Below, one piece after another: positions 39,620-52,100 of a stretch of DNA of 64,000 bases. How positions within the stretch are numbered: the stretch's first letter is position 1; each line of letters starts with the position of its first letter. This DNA is from Tubiluchus corallicola (Eukaryota; Animalia; Priapulida). The notes beneath the pieces are model-generated. The model did no database searches. It had not been told where the DNA came from and worked only from the letters and a program-made list of their open reading frames with translations. The translations under genes and the position numbers were made by a program. Location of the stretch: positions 101,786-165,785 of the forward strand of contig JAQGDQ010000220.1 of NCBI GenBank assembly GCA_030141605.1. The letters are read 5' to 3'.

Positions 39620-42600
39620 AGTTAAGTTAGTGAATTTCACACGCCAATTGTTCTCCATTAGAGGATCGCGCACAAGACCAAATGTCTGCTCAAACACCCC
39701 GAGAACATCCGAGCCTCGATGGACTGTTCCGCAAGAGAGCACCATCACCAATCCGTGTCTGTTCATTTTCCCGCTTACGCTTCCCGTTGTTACGTTTGGA
39801 TTTAGTATCAGACGTTCAGCGGTAACTATTTCCTGGAGTCTTTCTGCCACCAGGTTTGAACCATCGATGCACTCGTGCACCATTTTTGTCCCCAAAAATC
39901 GAATTTGCAATTTGCAATCATCCCAGAAATGATGTGGTCCGAATTTACCGACCGTTTCGCACTGTAACGAAGGACTGTTGGAGTGAAGAACTTTGTAAAA
40001 CCAGGGTATGAAATGTTCGGCAAGAAGCTGAGACTCGTCATTGGCTTCTTCAACATCCTCGACATCGTCCTAAAAATGTAAGGAAACAAATTACTAATGA
40101 TGCCAACTTCTCAATAATATCAGTTTGAATATTTTTCATTCTTACTAGGCCATAGAGACCGCATCGTGCTGCATTATTCGGGCATAGTGATTCATCGGGA
40201 ACATTCTGAATTCTCACGAGTGACCAAATTCCAGCAATTCTCAATTACTGTAGGAGCGTTTTAAAAAAATGTAGCACTTTTATACAGATCGGTCCAAAAA
40301 CAAAATTTTTTGGCTGTGGTGCAACTATATTTAAAAGGTCCCAGCAAACGTGTGCTGAGCACTCTTCGTGCTAAGTGGAACCATGAGACTACTGTAAGTT
40401 ATCTATCGCTCCTCACTGAATAAGAGAGAGCCCACTCGTAAATATTCATTTTGAAATGGATTAATTCATTCGTCCGCAACACCTTTCCTAAGAGTCTACC
40501 TACAACTGCTGGTGTTTGTTGCATTGTGGGCTCATGTTCTCGACCAACTTACACTGGTCAAAGAAATTTTTGCTCATTGTGCTTATCTAGTACTTGCCCA
40601 CTTAGTAGACCAGGGCAGTAAAAACAGTCAAAAACAAAACCAAATAAACACTCTGCACTTATAACTTTATAATTCCAAAATGAAATGTTGTGCACTCTAG
40701 AGGCTAAGTATTTTTTCATGTGATCCCAGCTGCTTGCAATTTTAAATTATCTGGTTATTTCTCGAGTTTATAATAGTGACTAGAATGCAACAATTTCCTT
40801 TTCGATTTTCTTTATGATGAGTTAACAATTTTTTGCCATGTATAATATGAACTAATTTATGCTGTAATTTGTCTTGCATTTTTCTCTTTTTTATTATTTA
40901 TTGTTATTCTTTGTATTGAATGAGTGCGAATAAATGGTATAAACTATAAATAAATAAAAGCAGACTTGCTTCCTGTATGAACATTGTATTTGCTCCCATT
41001 TCTGTAATCTAAACACAAACGGCTCCTTTGCAGTATGAGTCGGGTATTGATTAATATTTTAGAAAAACATGTTTTCAAAAAGTTACTTAACATCGCTTAA
41101 TGTCAGCTCGGATGTAAATCAATGACTGAGAACGAAATGTGACAAGTAATCAATACAGAAGCATTATAAAAACTTCTGGAAAAAGTACAGTAATCATCGT
41201 TTAATAAAACAACCACGGGACCAGCAATAAATGATTTTAATAGATGGCAATGCTAAAGTTTACAATTCGCACACACAAGAAATTAGTTTGTGAGGCAGAT
41301 TATGATTGGGGTTAGGGTTAGGTTTGGGGTTAATACTGGTTTAGGGTTAGGGTTAGGGTTAGTGTATTTAAATTGTGTGGGGAAAGTCCTTTCCATGGCA
41401 GTTTATTATGTGGCGGCCTGTTGCAAGCGTGTATATTTGACAATATACAGTATGTAACCATTTTGCCCTAATTGATGTTATTCAACAGTTAAACATGGGG
41501 CAGTCGACTCATTCACATGCATACAGAATGACTCAAGCATACAACAGTGATTCAAGTTCATTCAACAGATAAAATGTACTTAGCAGCTGTACATGCAGAG
41601 CGGTTATGATGAAACAACAGACTTTTTAGTGCGACTTTGACTAAAAGAGGTGAATCTAGGAAATGGGACTTAAATTGCCACTGCGTATCTTCAAAAAATA
41701 GGCAAACTACCAAAAATACATTTCATTTTTCCTTTTGCTATTGCTTTTGTCACCTGTTACTGAAAAATGTCTTATTAAACGGTGCACTGGTTTTGTTAGC
41801 CGAATTTTGTTAACAATAGTTTTTAAGAGGTAACTCCTGGACCGTGCCTAAATGGTTCTAAAATGCGACTGGTTTTATTATCTGTGGTTTTATTAAGCGA
41901 TGACTACAGCATTAATTACAACATAAACTTTCATATTATTCTGAAACATCTGTGCTACTTGAGTATAGGCATATCTAATTCTAAAATTCTAACTCACCTC
42001 TTCTCGGTCTTGCAAAGCCAGATTTTCCGTCAGTTCTCCCGCAGAACCCCAATGCTCTAAAATCTTTTCAATAATAATACCCTTTTCAGCACTCGGCGGC
42101 ATGTAGATGTTAACACTATGCAGATACTTGAAAAGTGTCTCTCTCTTTATCTTCCTTCTTTTCAGCAGCTCTCTGGTTGATGTAGAGTACTGAAGAATTC
42201 CATCAACAGCTTCTAAAAAATAAATTTCATTAGTAGTTTTAAACAGTTGATGAGGTCAAAGCAATCTTGACATTATCAGCAATATCTCTTAACAACTGCC
42301 TGCCAACTGCCACACTAGACGTCTCAAGAAACTGACATGTTTACAACTAAAACAGCACAATTGCCAACAGTTTTTGTTAACAAGATGCTGCTAACAACTT
42401 TTTAAATTAAGTACAATAGCTAAGTAAAACGAAAATAAAATGTAAATCTTTCAAGATTTCTTTTATAGTTGCCTTATACTTAATAGCTTTAAAACTAGAG
42501 AGATAGCCTAGCTAGTATACTCCTACAAAACACTAACTGTGAATCAACGCCATTCTACTGTGACTTATCCTTAGTAACTAGCCAATAATAATAACAACCA

Positions 42601-42658
42601 CGACGACGACGACAACAACAACGGCAAAAATAAGAAGAAGAAGAACAATAACAACAAC

Positions 42659-42690
<32 letters not shown>

Positions 42691-45600
42691 AACAACAACA
42701 ACAAGTTTATTTTTAACCAATTTACCTGACAACATTATAGGGCCCTAGAGTAGAACTCGGTTGCGGTCCCTTCTCAAAGATGACTGAAATCAATTTTAAA
42801 TCGATACTGCATCATCTATGGTGCATTCGGCAATTTGTTCCATGGATTGGCAACCATGGGAGGGAAAAAATGGGAGCTGATATTTTGTTGTGAATAAGGA
42901 ACAAACAGTTTCGAAAAAGTGATGTCTACAGAGAGGCATAGAGGGTCAAAAACAGAAGCCAGTGTTCATAGCAAGTTGGTTTGCATAGCATCTTCTTGCA
43001 AGAAGAATAAAGGTTCATCACTGTTGCGAAGCATGAGTACACTCAGCATGAACACTGGACAAGCGAGATGATTGCTATTATCTCCATCCGTTGTTTATCT
43101 GCCTTAATTTGCATGAGTGATTTATCATATTCCCGTGGGAATGATAACTCTAGAAAGAAAACAACAATAACAAACACAAAAGAGAAAAATGAGTAGACCC
43201 TAAACAAAGGCATAAAGAGAGAGAAAATCATGGGGAAAAGCCCTACATGCATTTTCACCTTGTCGATGTGTCGTAATCTACGGTACGGTTTATGGTAATA
43301 TCTAGACATTCACCACGCATATTAACATTTGCAAAGAAACCTCTCATCTGGGGTAGAGGTCTATTATAATCTCTCCATGTTCTATTAGCATCATATTCAC
43401 AATCACTTCAACTAAAACAAAAATACTAAAATCATGGGTCTATCCGGGGTCCACAAAGAAGTTTCCTTGGACCTCTGTTATTCTTGTCTACAATGACGAC
43501 ATGGATGATATAATACTGTTACCCAGTTGCTTAAGTTAACTAGTAATACCAAGTTAGCATTATCCAGTGTTTTCTTTTTTGCAAGACAGCTAGCAGAATG
43601 TCTGCATGGGCCCATAAATGGCTGATGGAGTTCAACACACAAGGTAATTCATGTAGGTAATCAGACCAATCCTGCACGACACAGCTTTGGCGATGTCGAA
43701 TTGTCTGAAGTCACTAAAGATGAGGATCTTGGATTGCTAGTAAACTAAATGTTCGCAGTCACATTTCTAAGAAGGTTATCAAAAGTAACAAGATCCTTGG
43801 GTTAATTAGCAAAACTATAACTTCCAGAAGAGCTGAGATAATTCTTCCACTTTAAAAACACTTGTTCATCTCCATCTTGAATATGTCAGTCAGGTATGAG
43901 ACCCTTACTATCTCAAAGACATTTGTGCTCTAGAACAAGTAGAAGCACAAGCTGTTGATATGACCATAAGTTTTGAAGGTCTTACATGCAAAAGCGCAAA
44001 GAATTGCATTCTTTATGCAAAAGCACAAGAATCACATACTGTTAAATTAATAGATAGATAACAAATTAATAACTAAAGACAAAAATGTAGCTGATGCTTT
44101 CAATGATTATTTTACAATGATAGGTCGCAAATTAGCAGATCAAACAGGTCCAGCAAATTATTCTGCAATAAACTATCTAAATGGGAACTACATGGACTCA
44201 TTCTTCTTTAAACCAGTTACAGTAAATGAAATAGAATGTTTGTTAACAGCAATTAATCACTAGAAAAGCACAGGTGCAGATAAATCATTGCCAAAACAGT
44301 GTTAGATATGAGTAGTTATATAGCTGCTCCTTTAACACACATAATAAATTCTTCTCTTATCACTGGAACAATGCCGAGTAAACTCAAACATTCGATTGTT
44401 ACACCACTATTTAAAACACGCGACCCAACCAATCCGAGTAATTATCAACCAGTTTCACTTTTACCAATATTTTCTAAAATTTTAGAATGCTGTGTTCATA
44501 ATTAATTAACAAGCTATATTACAAAACATAATATACTAATTAGAAGTTCAGTTATTAAAGTTCACTAATTAAAGAACAGTTTGGTTTTCGTTCTAAAAGT
44601 TCTACCTAGTTAGCTTTAATTAAAGTCACAGAAGAAATTGTTAAGACAACTGAAAACAAAAACATGCTAGCTGGTATCTTCTGTGACTTATCAAAAGCTT
44701 TTGATACAGTAGACCACAGTATATTACTGCAAAAATGACAGTTTTATGGAATACGAGGACTTGCTATTCAATGGTTTCATAGTTACCTCACAAACAGGTC
44801 TCAAGCTGTTAAATACAATAATATAAATTCTGATAGTTGAGAAAGGCGTTCCACAGGGATCCATTTTAGGGCCATTGTTATTTCTGTTATACATAAATGA
44901 CATAAATAATATCACCAAGGCAAAAATTATTTCATTTCTAAAAATAAACAATCTAAATAACGTACAAGAAATTAACAATGAATTACTCACCATCTCTAAT
45001 TGGTTTCACAATAACAAACTATCTTTAAATATCAGTAAAACTAAATGCATAATTTTTAGACCGAAAAATACAAATATTCCACAAAATCTATATTTTATGA
45101 TTGGTAATGTCAACAACGAAATAGTAAAAAAATAAAATACTTGGGGATAAGTTTACAAGAGCATCTAGGCTGGACTTCTCATATTAAATATATTGGTAAA
45201 AATATAAAAAATACTAGGAATCGTTACTTATATCCGACATTATCTTGCAATTTCACACATAATTACTTTATATAATAGTATAATTCTTCTTTATATTAAT
45301 TACTGTTCCATTCTTTGGGGAAAAACGTATATTTCAAAATTATCTAATTTAAAACTAGCCCAAAGAAAATGTTTATGTATTCTTTATAAACAAAATAGAA
45401 GAGCACATATAGATAACACCAATTTTAAAGAATGTAAAATATTTTTAGTTGATGATTTAGTTAATTATAAGCTAGGTATATGTATGTATGTATGTATGTC
45501 TGTATGTCTGTATGTATGTATATATACATTATACTATATGTATATATATGTATATATAAAACAGTTAAATAACTACATTCAATCTTTTTTAATAATACAG

Positions 45601-47336
45601 TTCAATTAAATGTTAAATTTCATAGTACTAGGTCAAACAAATTTAAAGTGCAGTACTGCAGAACAAACACAGCCAGACATCATTTAACATTCACAGGGCC
45701 TTTACTATGGAATACACTTTGCATAGAAATAAAAAATGCTAAATCAGAACATATTTTCAAATGTAAATTAGAGAAATCAATTCTTGAGTCGTATGGGCCT
45801 AATTAGTCAATTTCTGTAATTGAAAATAACACATATTTATATTTTTTTGGTGGTTCAATATTTTAACATAATTTTCGTAACACTGAAAAATTGGCTAACT
45901 TCGTTTATATCATCGAACCTGGCGCATTATCACCATTAGCATCAATTCATTATCATTGTCATCACCAATGTCATCAGCATTAATATCATCATCATTGTCA
46001 TCAATATCATCAACATCGTCCTTATCATTTTCTCGCTTCTGTTTGCTTCGCTCCATTTAACGTATTTTTTTAGTTGTTGTTTATGTCATTAATTTAGTCT
46101 TATCCATGTTGAGCTTAACTCATAAGTTAATTTCTTCTGCTGTGCTTATAGCACTGTAATGCACTGTTAATTAGTAATTTTATAACTTTTATTTTTGTAT
46201 GTGCTAAGTGGATGAATAAATAAATCTAAATCTAAATCATATTCGCAGAAACTGAAAAAATTACATCTGTATTGGCTTTCTATTAGAAGACGTAGGGGAA
46301 GACTTATTGAAACATTCAAGATTTAAGGGGTTCTACGCTCAGTAGAAGCATCCTATGTGGACACTGCTAAACTGTTTAAGCATAGGGTTAATACCGAAAG
46401 GTATTGCTATACTTTTTCTCTAGCTGAAGTGATTATGTGGAACTCGCTACTAGAATCATTAGTGAGAGAAAACAATACAAACAGTTTTAAAAATAAACTT
46501 GTGATAGAACTCCAAGAGAGGAACCTCTTATTTTATTACCTGTAGGTATATCAGGAGGAGAATAAACCAACGATGCATATCTAGAGAATGTTGTTTTTGG
46601 TATGTTACATTATGGATGTGAGACTGGAGCAAATGACTCACCGCAGAGGTGAGTTTGGTCACTACTACTAGTAACAGAGAATCCAGCTTCAGCAATACAC
46701 AGATTTACTGTTTCTGGACAATTTAACTTCATTAAGTCAAAAACATTATGATTTCTAGCACGAAAATTTGCATGTTGTGATAAACGGTAATCACAAAAAT
46801 TTTTTACAAGCAGTGCATTGCCTTATCCAAAGAAATAAGGACCTAAAATGGTAACTATCTCAGTATTTGTAAATTCATTATCATCATCATCATACGCCCA
46901 TCACGTCTATTGTAGACATTGGGCAGGCAGAATTCTAAAATAAAAGAAATCTGCCTTCAGACAGGTAAACGCAGCAGTAATCCAGCGAAAAAACTAGACA
47001 CTGCTACGCCAATGGCTTGTCAGCACCACTTCTGTTAAAGTCATTACATAAAAATTGACTCTATACACCAAATAAAGTCAAAAATTACTTTATAGAAGAA
47101 TAACACGAAAACGAAATCAGATAGACAATTTGGAGTTGAAAGTCAAAAATGACTGCACTAATACTAGTATTTATACTATTAGTATTACTAGTAGTATTAG
47201 TATTACTAACTATACCATTTCTGCTTGTCACAGCTATTAATTTGTTTGTTACGGTGTCTGCTAAAGTAAAAATATCTGGTGTTTCTATTAAGTCCAGAAT
47301 TTTTCTGATTTCTTCACATTCTTTCACAGACAGCAT
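39545..47336 (-). CDS. C3orf38: C3orf38 / DUF4518 family protein, complete, 286 aa. Exons (minus) 47336-47216, 42212-41998, 40069-39545
   Basis: MLSVKECEEIRKILDLIETPDIFTLADTVTNKLI, ELLKRRKIKRETLFKYL, FGPHHFWDDCKL and HGLVMVLSCGTVHRGSDVLGVFEQTFGLVRDPLMENNWRVKF correspond to human C3orf38 motifs. The CDS is 861 nt in frame with GT-AG introns. Confidence 0.92.
41188..41909 (-). mobile_element. MITE family A copy in reverse orientation, containing a TTAGGG tract
   Basis: TIRs CAGTAATCATCGTTTAATAAAAC ... GGTTTTATTAAGCGATGACTACAG. The interior is the reverse complement of 49940-50730. Confidence 0.8.
41308..41361 (+). repeat. Short interstitial TTAGGG-like tract
   Basis: GGGTTAGGGTTAGGTTTGGGGTTAATACTGGTTTAGGGTTAGGGTTAGGGTTAG. 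Confidence 0.8.
42587..43300 (-). mobile_element. Degenerate CR1-group LINE 3' end with AATAAA and a (TTG)n tail
   Basis: On the minus strand a VANPWNKLP-like motif is followed by AATAAAC and (TTG)n, seen as the (CAA)n tract at 42587-42704. Confidence 0.55.
43430..46545 (+). mobile_element. Degenerate CR1 LINE (about 43430-43987 and 46238-46545) interrupted by a nested LINE
   Basis: Fragments GVHKEVSLDL/GPLLF, EDLGL, LVHLHLEYVSQV and FEGLT join, after 46238, to YSQKLKKLHLYWLSIRRRRG-DLIETFKI and MWNSL. Confidence 0.7.
43988..46237 (+). mobile_element. 5'-truncated L2/Crack-like LINE (RT pseudogene) with 3' UTR and (TAAATC)n tail
   Basis: PLTHIINSSLITGTMPSKLKHSIVTPLFK..NYQPVSLLPIFSKILE, DLSKAFDTVDH, GVPQGSILGPLLFLLYINDI and LSLNISKTKCIIF, with multiple stops and frameshifts. 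It ends AATAAATAAATCTAAATCTAAAT. Confidence 0.88.
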
Positions 47337-47805
47337 TTCTATAGCTGCAAAAGTCACGACACTCCAAATTCTGTAAAAATCATCGCAGCGTGTAGGGCGC
47401 CATTATCTGTAGTTGGATAACATGCATTTTTATTTTGAATTTCTCGCAAAGGAAAAGGCTTCGTACTCATCTATAGCTAGCCTTTAGCGTCCCCTTCCGG
47501 CACTTAAGAGACTCGCAGAACATGAAATGAAAACAACTTGTCACATGAAAAATGATAAAGTCCAAGAATTTAATTGAGATAAGAATATGTTTCTCATAAA
47601 TGTGTTTTGCGAACAAACGCAGTAATGTAGTTTGCATACAATGCATTTCTTTTAAAGGTAGGCAAGCAAAATTAAATAACGATATTTGGAAAGTGTCGAA
47701 CTGTGTAAGCCCTACTTTTGGCAGTTTGGCTTTAGTCCTAGTTTAGAGTTTTCAAATTTCATTAATGCCAGTTTTTTTGTTTGTCTGTTTGTTTCAGAAT
47801 TGTAC

Positions 47806-47920
47806 ATAGTAGTAATAGTAGTAGTGGTGGTAGCAGTAGTGTTAGTGGTACTGGTAGTAGTTATAGTAGTAGAAGTAGCACTAGTACTCAGTAGTACTAG
47901 TAGTAGTGGTAATAATAGTA
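47806..47920. repeat. Degenerate (TAG)n microsatellite
   Basis: GTAGTAATAGTAGTAGTGGTGGTAGC... Confidence 0.8.
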
Positions 47921-48139
47921 CTAAATTTTCTCGATGTAGTGCAAATGATCTTCAGAGAACTCTGTAATTCATTAGTAACGACAATATACGTTTTGTTTTA
48001 ACATTTAAAACATTACTGTTGTACCATGAAATCAACTAATTGGAATAGATGATGCGTCAGGTAACTTAATCAATATCCATGGTTATTTTTGCTATATTGT
48101 TAGACAATGTCTTGTGTCCCTCAAAGTTGGATGGACTCT

Positions 48140-48490
48140 AACGCCACTCCCATCCCAAAATTTTACTTCAGTAGTCTCCAAATGTATGGAAATCATTCTG
48201 TGGGACAAAGTATTGTGGTTTCTGATTAGGACAAATCAAATATGCAAGAACCAACATGGCTCACTTCTTCAGAGATCAACAGTAACTAATCTACTTTCTT
48301 GCTTGAACGGCTGGACGGAATGGTTCGATGACTCTCGCTGCCAAGTATTGATGTTCTGTATCGTGACTTTTAGTTCTAAGGCTTTCGACTCGGTGCCGCA
48401 TCAGTGTCTTTTGGCAAGGATGGAATATGCAGTATTAAGAGGCAGCAACCTCCTTGCATGGTTCTAGTACTTCTTGACAAACCAAAATGG
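48140..48490 (+). mobile_element. CR1-type reverse transcriptase fragment
   Basis: TSVVSKCMEIIL...NQHG...RSTVTNLL...FSSKAFDSVPHQCLL. Confidence 0.75.
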
Positions 48491-49139
48491 CTCTACAGAA
48501 AGTTATGAGGTGTCAAACGGCCTGACAGAATATCTAATGGTGATATGATGTGGAAAAGAAAGAACCTCGGAGAGAAGTAAAAGGAGTGTACTGGATTGGG
48601 TGTCTACTAAGATTATCCCATATTAGGAATATCCTTTTCCTATAGCATTACGTAAAGCTCTTGAACCAATGGAAAAGCCCAGAGGGGTTCATTAGACTTA
48701 GACAACTACTACTATATTCTTGTAGGTAGTCAAGCAATGCATGAGTACCATTTAAGTAGTAATGGAAGTTTTCAGATAAATTTTTCACCTTAATTACTTT
48801 TCACGTAGTAGTTTCGTTGTTGTTTTTTAAATAACGTTGAAGTATAGTGTCAATTTAAACATCTTTACCTTGTAAAATGATGCCAGAAGCTATTATCATT
48901 AATAATAAATTAAATAATTAACATTAAACAAACTTTCTTGCAAAAAGCCCTCGATATTATGAATCTTTAGGTTCGTTAAGGTGTAAGGTGAGGACTTGGA
49001 AAAATTCTGATATTTGATATGTGTTTGATATTTGATATATGTGATATCTGATATGATAAAAGTGTTTCATAAACATGTATATTAAGCACACTGTTTTAAT
49101 CTTTCACGTGTTTAGTTACTAGTGTGTTTTTGTTTGCAG

Positions 49140-49152
49140 GTTACCTGGCAAC
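49140..49152 (+). promoter_or_regulatory. RFX X-box (GTTACCTGGCAAC) 13 nt upstream of the nuclear receptor ATG
   Basis: Exact fit to GTNRCC(N0-3)RGYAAC. It begins at the first base after the splice acceptor at 49138-49139. Confidence 0.45.
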
Positions 49153-49165
49153 CATTTAGTGAAAT

Positions 49166-52100
49166 ATGGACACTAAAACTGTTAATGGTGATGATTTAGT
49201 AAGCAGACCAAATGAACCATTAGAGAAGTGTCAGGTATGTAAATTATATGTAATTATTTTAGATGCTATTCTTTGTTGTAAAGCTTTTCAGTCACAATGA
49301 CAGAAGGTTTTGTTATGACCTTGAAAATTGGCCAGCTTCGGTCACATCACAGCGAGGTCTTCTAGGTCTTACTAACAACGCATTTGAAATGGCTATAGTG
49401 TCGAAGGCTTAACTTTATGCCGTAACCTTATGTAACTACTTTACAATAATAGGATGTGAGTTGCTATGCTCATAATATTAGAAAAAAACGTTGTTGTCTG
49501 TCTGCCTCTGAAGCATTGTAGAAAGCTGTACCCTTCTTGTTGTTTTGCTGTTCTAGGTATCTGCCAAGTGTATTCATTTGTAGTCTAAATTTTTGTTTTT
49601 TTAGGTTTGTTCTGATCGTGCGTCAGGCTACCACTATGGTGCTTGGACATGTGAAGGATGCAAAGCATTCTTTAAAAGAAATGTTAAAGGTGGGTAAAAG
49701 AAGGCAATGCATTTTGTTTCTCAAAATTGTTACTTATTTTGCAGCAACCGACACAGTTTTTAAGCTAACAGCTTTTTAGCTGTAAAGAAAAACGGAGCTT
49801 GAAATTACCTGTTAAAGCAGATGTACAGTAGACAAAACTTGCAGTGATAATAGCCAGTAAGCAGTGACTACTTGGTTATTTCGCTTTGTTCAGATGTTTC
49901 CTATTAAAAGTTATTGTTTCATTAAGTGCATATACTATACAGTAGTCATCGCTTAACAAAACCAGTGATAATAAAACCAGTCGCATTTTAGAACCATTTA
50001 GGCACGGGTTGGAATTACTCCCATGGAAACTATTGTTGAGAAATTTTGGTTAATAAAACTTGTGCTCTGGTTAATGAGACCACTTTTTTCTGTAGCAGGT
50101 GACAAAAGCACAAGTAAAGTGAAAAAGATAAAATGTATTTTTAGTAGTCACTGTTACAATTCAAGTCCTGTTTCCTAGATTCACCTCTTAGTCAAAGTCA
50201 CACTAAAAGTTAAAGTCGATTGTTTCGTCGTAACTACTCTGCATGTACAGCTGCTTAAGGTACCTTTTAGTCAGTTGTAGGAACTCGTATCACTGTTGTA
50301 TGCTTGAGTCATTCTGTAAGTGTGCGAATGAGTTGACTGTGCGAGTGAGTTGTGCTAGCCTGTAAGCAAAATTTTTGTACATAATGCATTAAATTATGTC
50401 TGGCAAATGGATTAAATTATGTATTTAATAAAATAAATCAGAATAAATTTGACTAAATGTATAAATTTGTATGTATGTCTTGATTACAAAAATGATTGAT
50501 AGCCAATACATGTTTTTATGAAACGGATGTTAAAAATAAAAGGTGGCGCATTTAGTTAACATTAGTGAGCAATTTGTACAAATGTGTGGGGCACATATTA
50601 ATTAGGGATACGCATTTGTGTGCTGTACTTTGCTCTATACACTTGCAAAAGACCACCGCATAATAAAACTGCCGTTTATTAAAAACACTTATTGCTGATC
50701 CCACTGTGGTTTTATTAAGCGGTGACTATGTATTTATATTTGCATGCTTGTGATAATTTGGGAACTAATTAATTAATTTTTAAAGGATTAGCATAATTTA
50801 AAAGGCACCTTTTTTTCAGAAGCTTATAGCTGTCACATTAGAAGTATGATCATTCCCACCTGATCTAGAGGAATTTTTTAACATATTGTTTTGCTCAAAG
50901 TGTAAATGTTTGAGAATCACTGTAGAGCAGGGGTGGGCAAATTACGGTCCGTGGGCCTCATGTTGCCCACTGATTAATGTTTTATTTTCAAAATGTTATG
51001 ACCAAAAATTCGGATTCTTTTTGGATTCTTACCGTTCACGTTGGAACTCCGTACAATTACAGCAAGACAATGAGATAGACCATGTATTGAGAGACTTAAG
51101 TCAGTTTGGCCCATAGAATGTTATGGCTCCGTTTCTGTTGGAAAATTCACTTAGTTGAGAAACTTTGCTGCAAAAATGTTTTCATTGTTTGAGTCCACAT
51201 ATATTTGTGAACAGACACTTTCTTGTTTAAAAATCAACAAATGCAAGAATAAATCAGATTCCAACGTGAATTTCAACCAGCCTAATCTTACACCAGTTTT
51301 CAAGAAAATAGTTAAAAACTGTGATCAGTTGCATTCATCTCATTAAAATTCCTGTGTAAAACTCTGAAGATTGTTGCATTTTTGTTAAATTTAAGCTTAA
51401 AAACAGTCATTTGCTATAGTTCAGAAATGTTTTTTGAGTCTTAAAAGTATTAAGTAATACTAAAGAATTTATTATGTTTCTCTGTCACCATATCAGTAAC
51501 CATTATCTAATAAAATTAAGAGTGTAAAAGCCTTAAAATTAAATCCAAGTTTTAAGTGTGTCGTACCCCATTGATCATACGTATATCAAAATGGCCGTCG
51601 GCCCGAAAACTTTTCCCACCCCAGCTGTAGAGTAATACTACAAGTTACACGGCAGCAATATGAATGTTAAATGTCGCGTTTTTGTGACAACTGTTTTGTT
51701 CTCATCAGGTCGAATGCCATTGTTCACCTGTCCTGGCAACGGCAAGTGCGTGATTGACAGAACCCGTAGGAAAAGTTGTCAAGCATGTCGGTTACGTCTG
51801 TGCTTGGAAGCTGGGATGAGATCCGATGCACCGCTCAGGTGTGCACAGGTTTTATTATACCTTTATTAAAGCTTAGAGATCAGTTGTCAAACATGAATTT
51901 GATGCGAGATAACATACCAGCAGACTCTGGAGTAAGATTTTTTTTAATTTAATCTTTTTCCAGCTACAATAATTTATGTCCATGTTTTGCATTGTTCTGC
52001 AAACAAAGCCCATTACATTTATGCTGAGTTTAATGTAAATAGATCGATTTCATTACATAAAGTGAATGGCATACAGTTTCAACTTTTGGCCTTCAACAGG

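Noticed and set aside
49316-49324. TGACCTTGA (ERR/SF-1 extended half-site) in the receptor's first coding intron as an autoregulatory site
   Set aside because: A single 9-mer is plausible by chance. Its context (TGACCTTGAAAAT...GGTCAC) looks like a common invertebrate repeat fragment, and no full palindromic ERE was seen.
51155-51346. Independent host gene (GTF2IRD2-like)
   Set aside because: It lies inside a TSD-flanked hAT element and is only a transposase C-terminal remnant.
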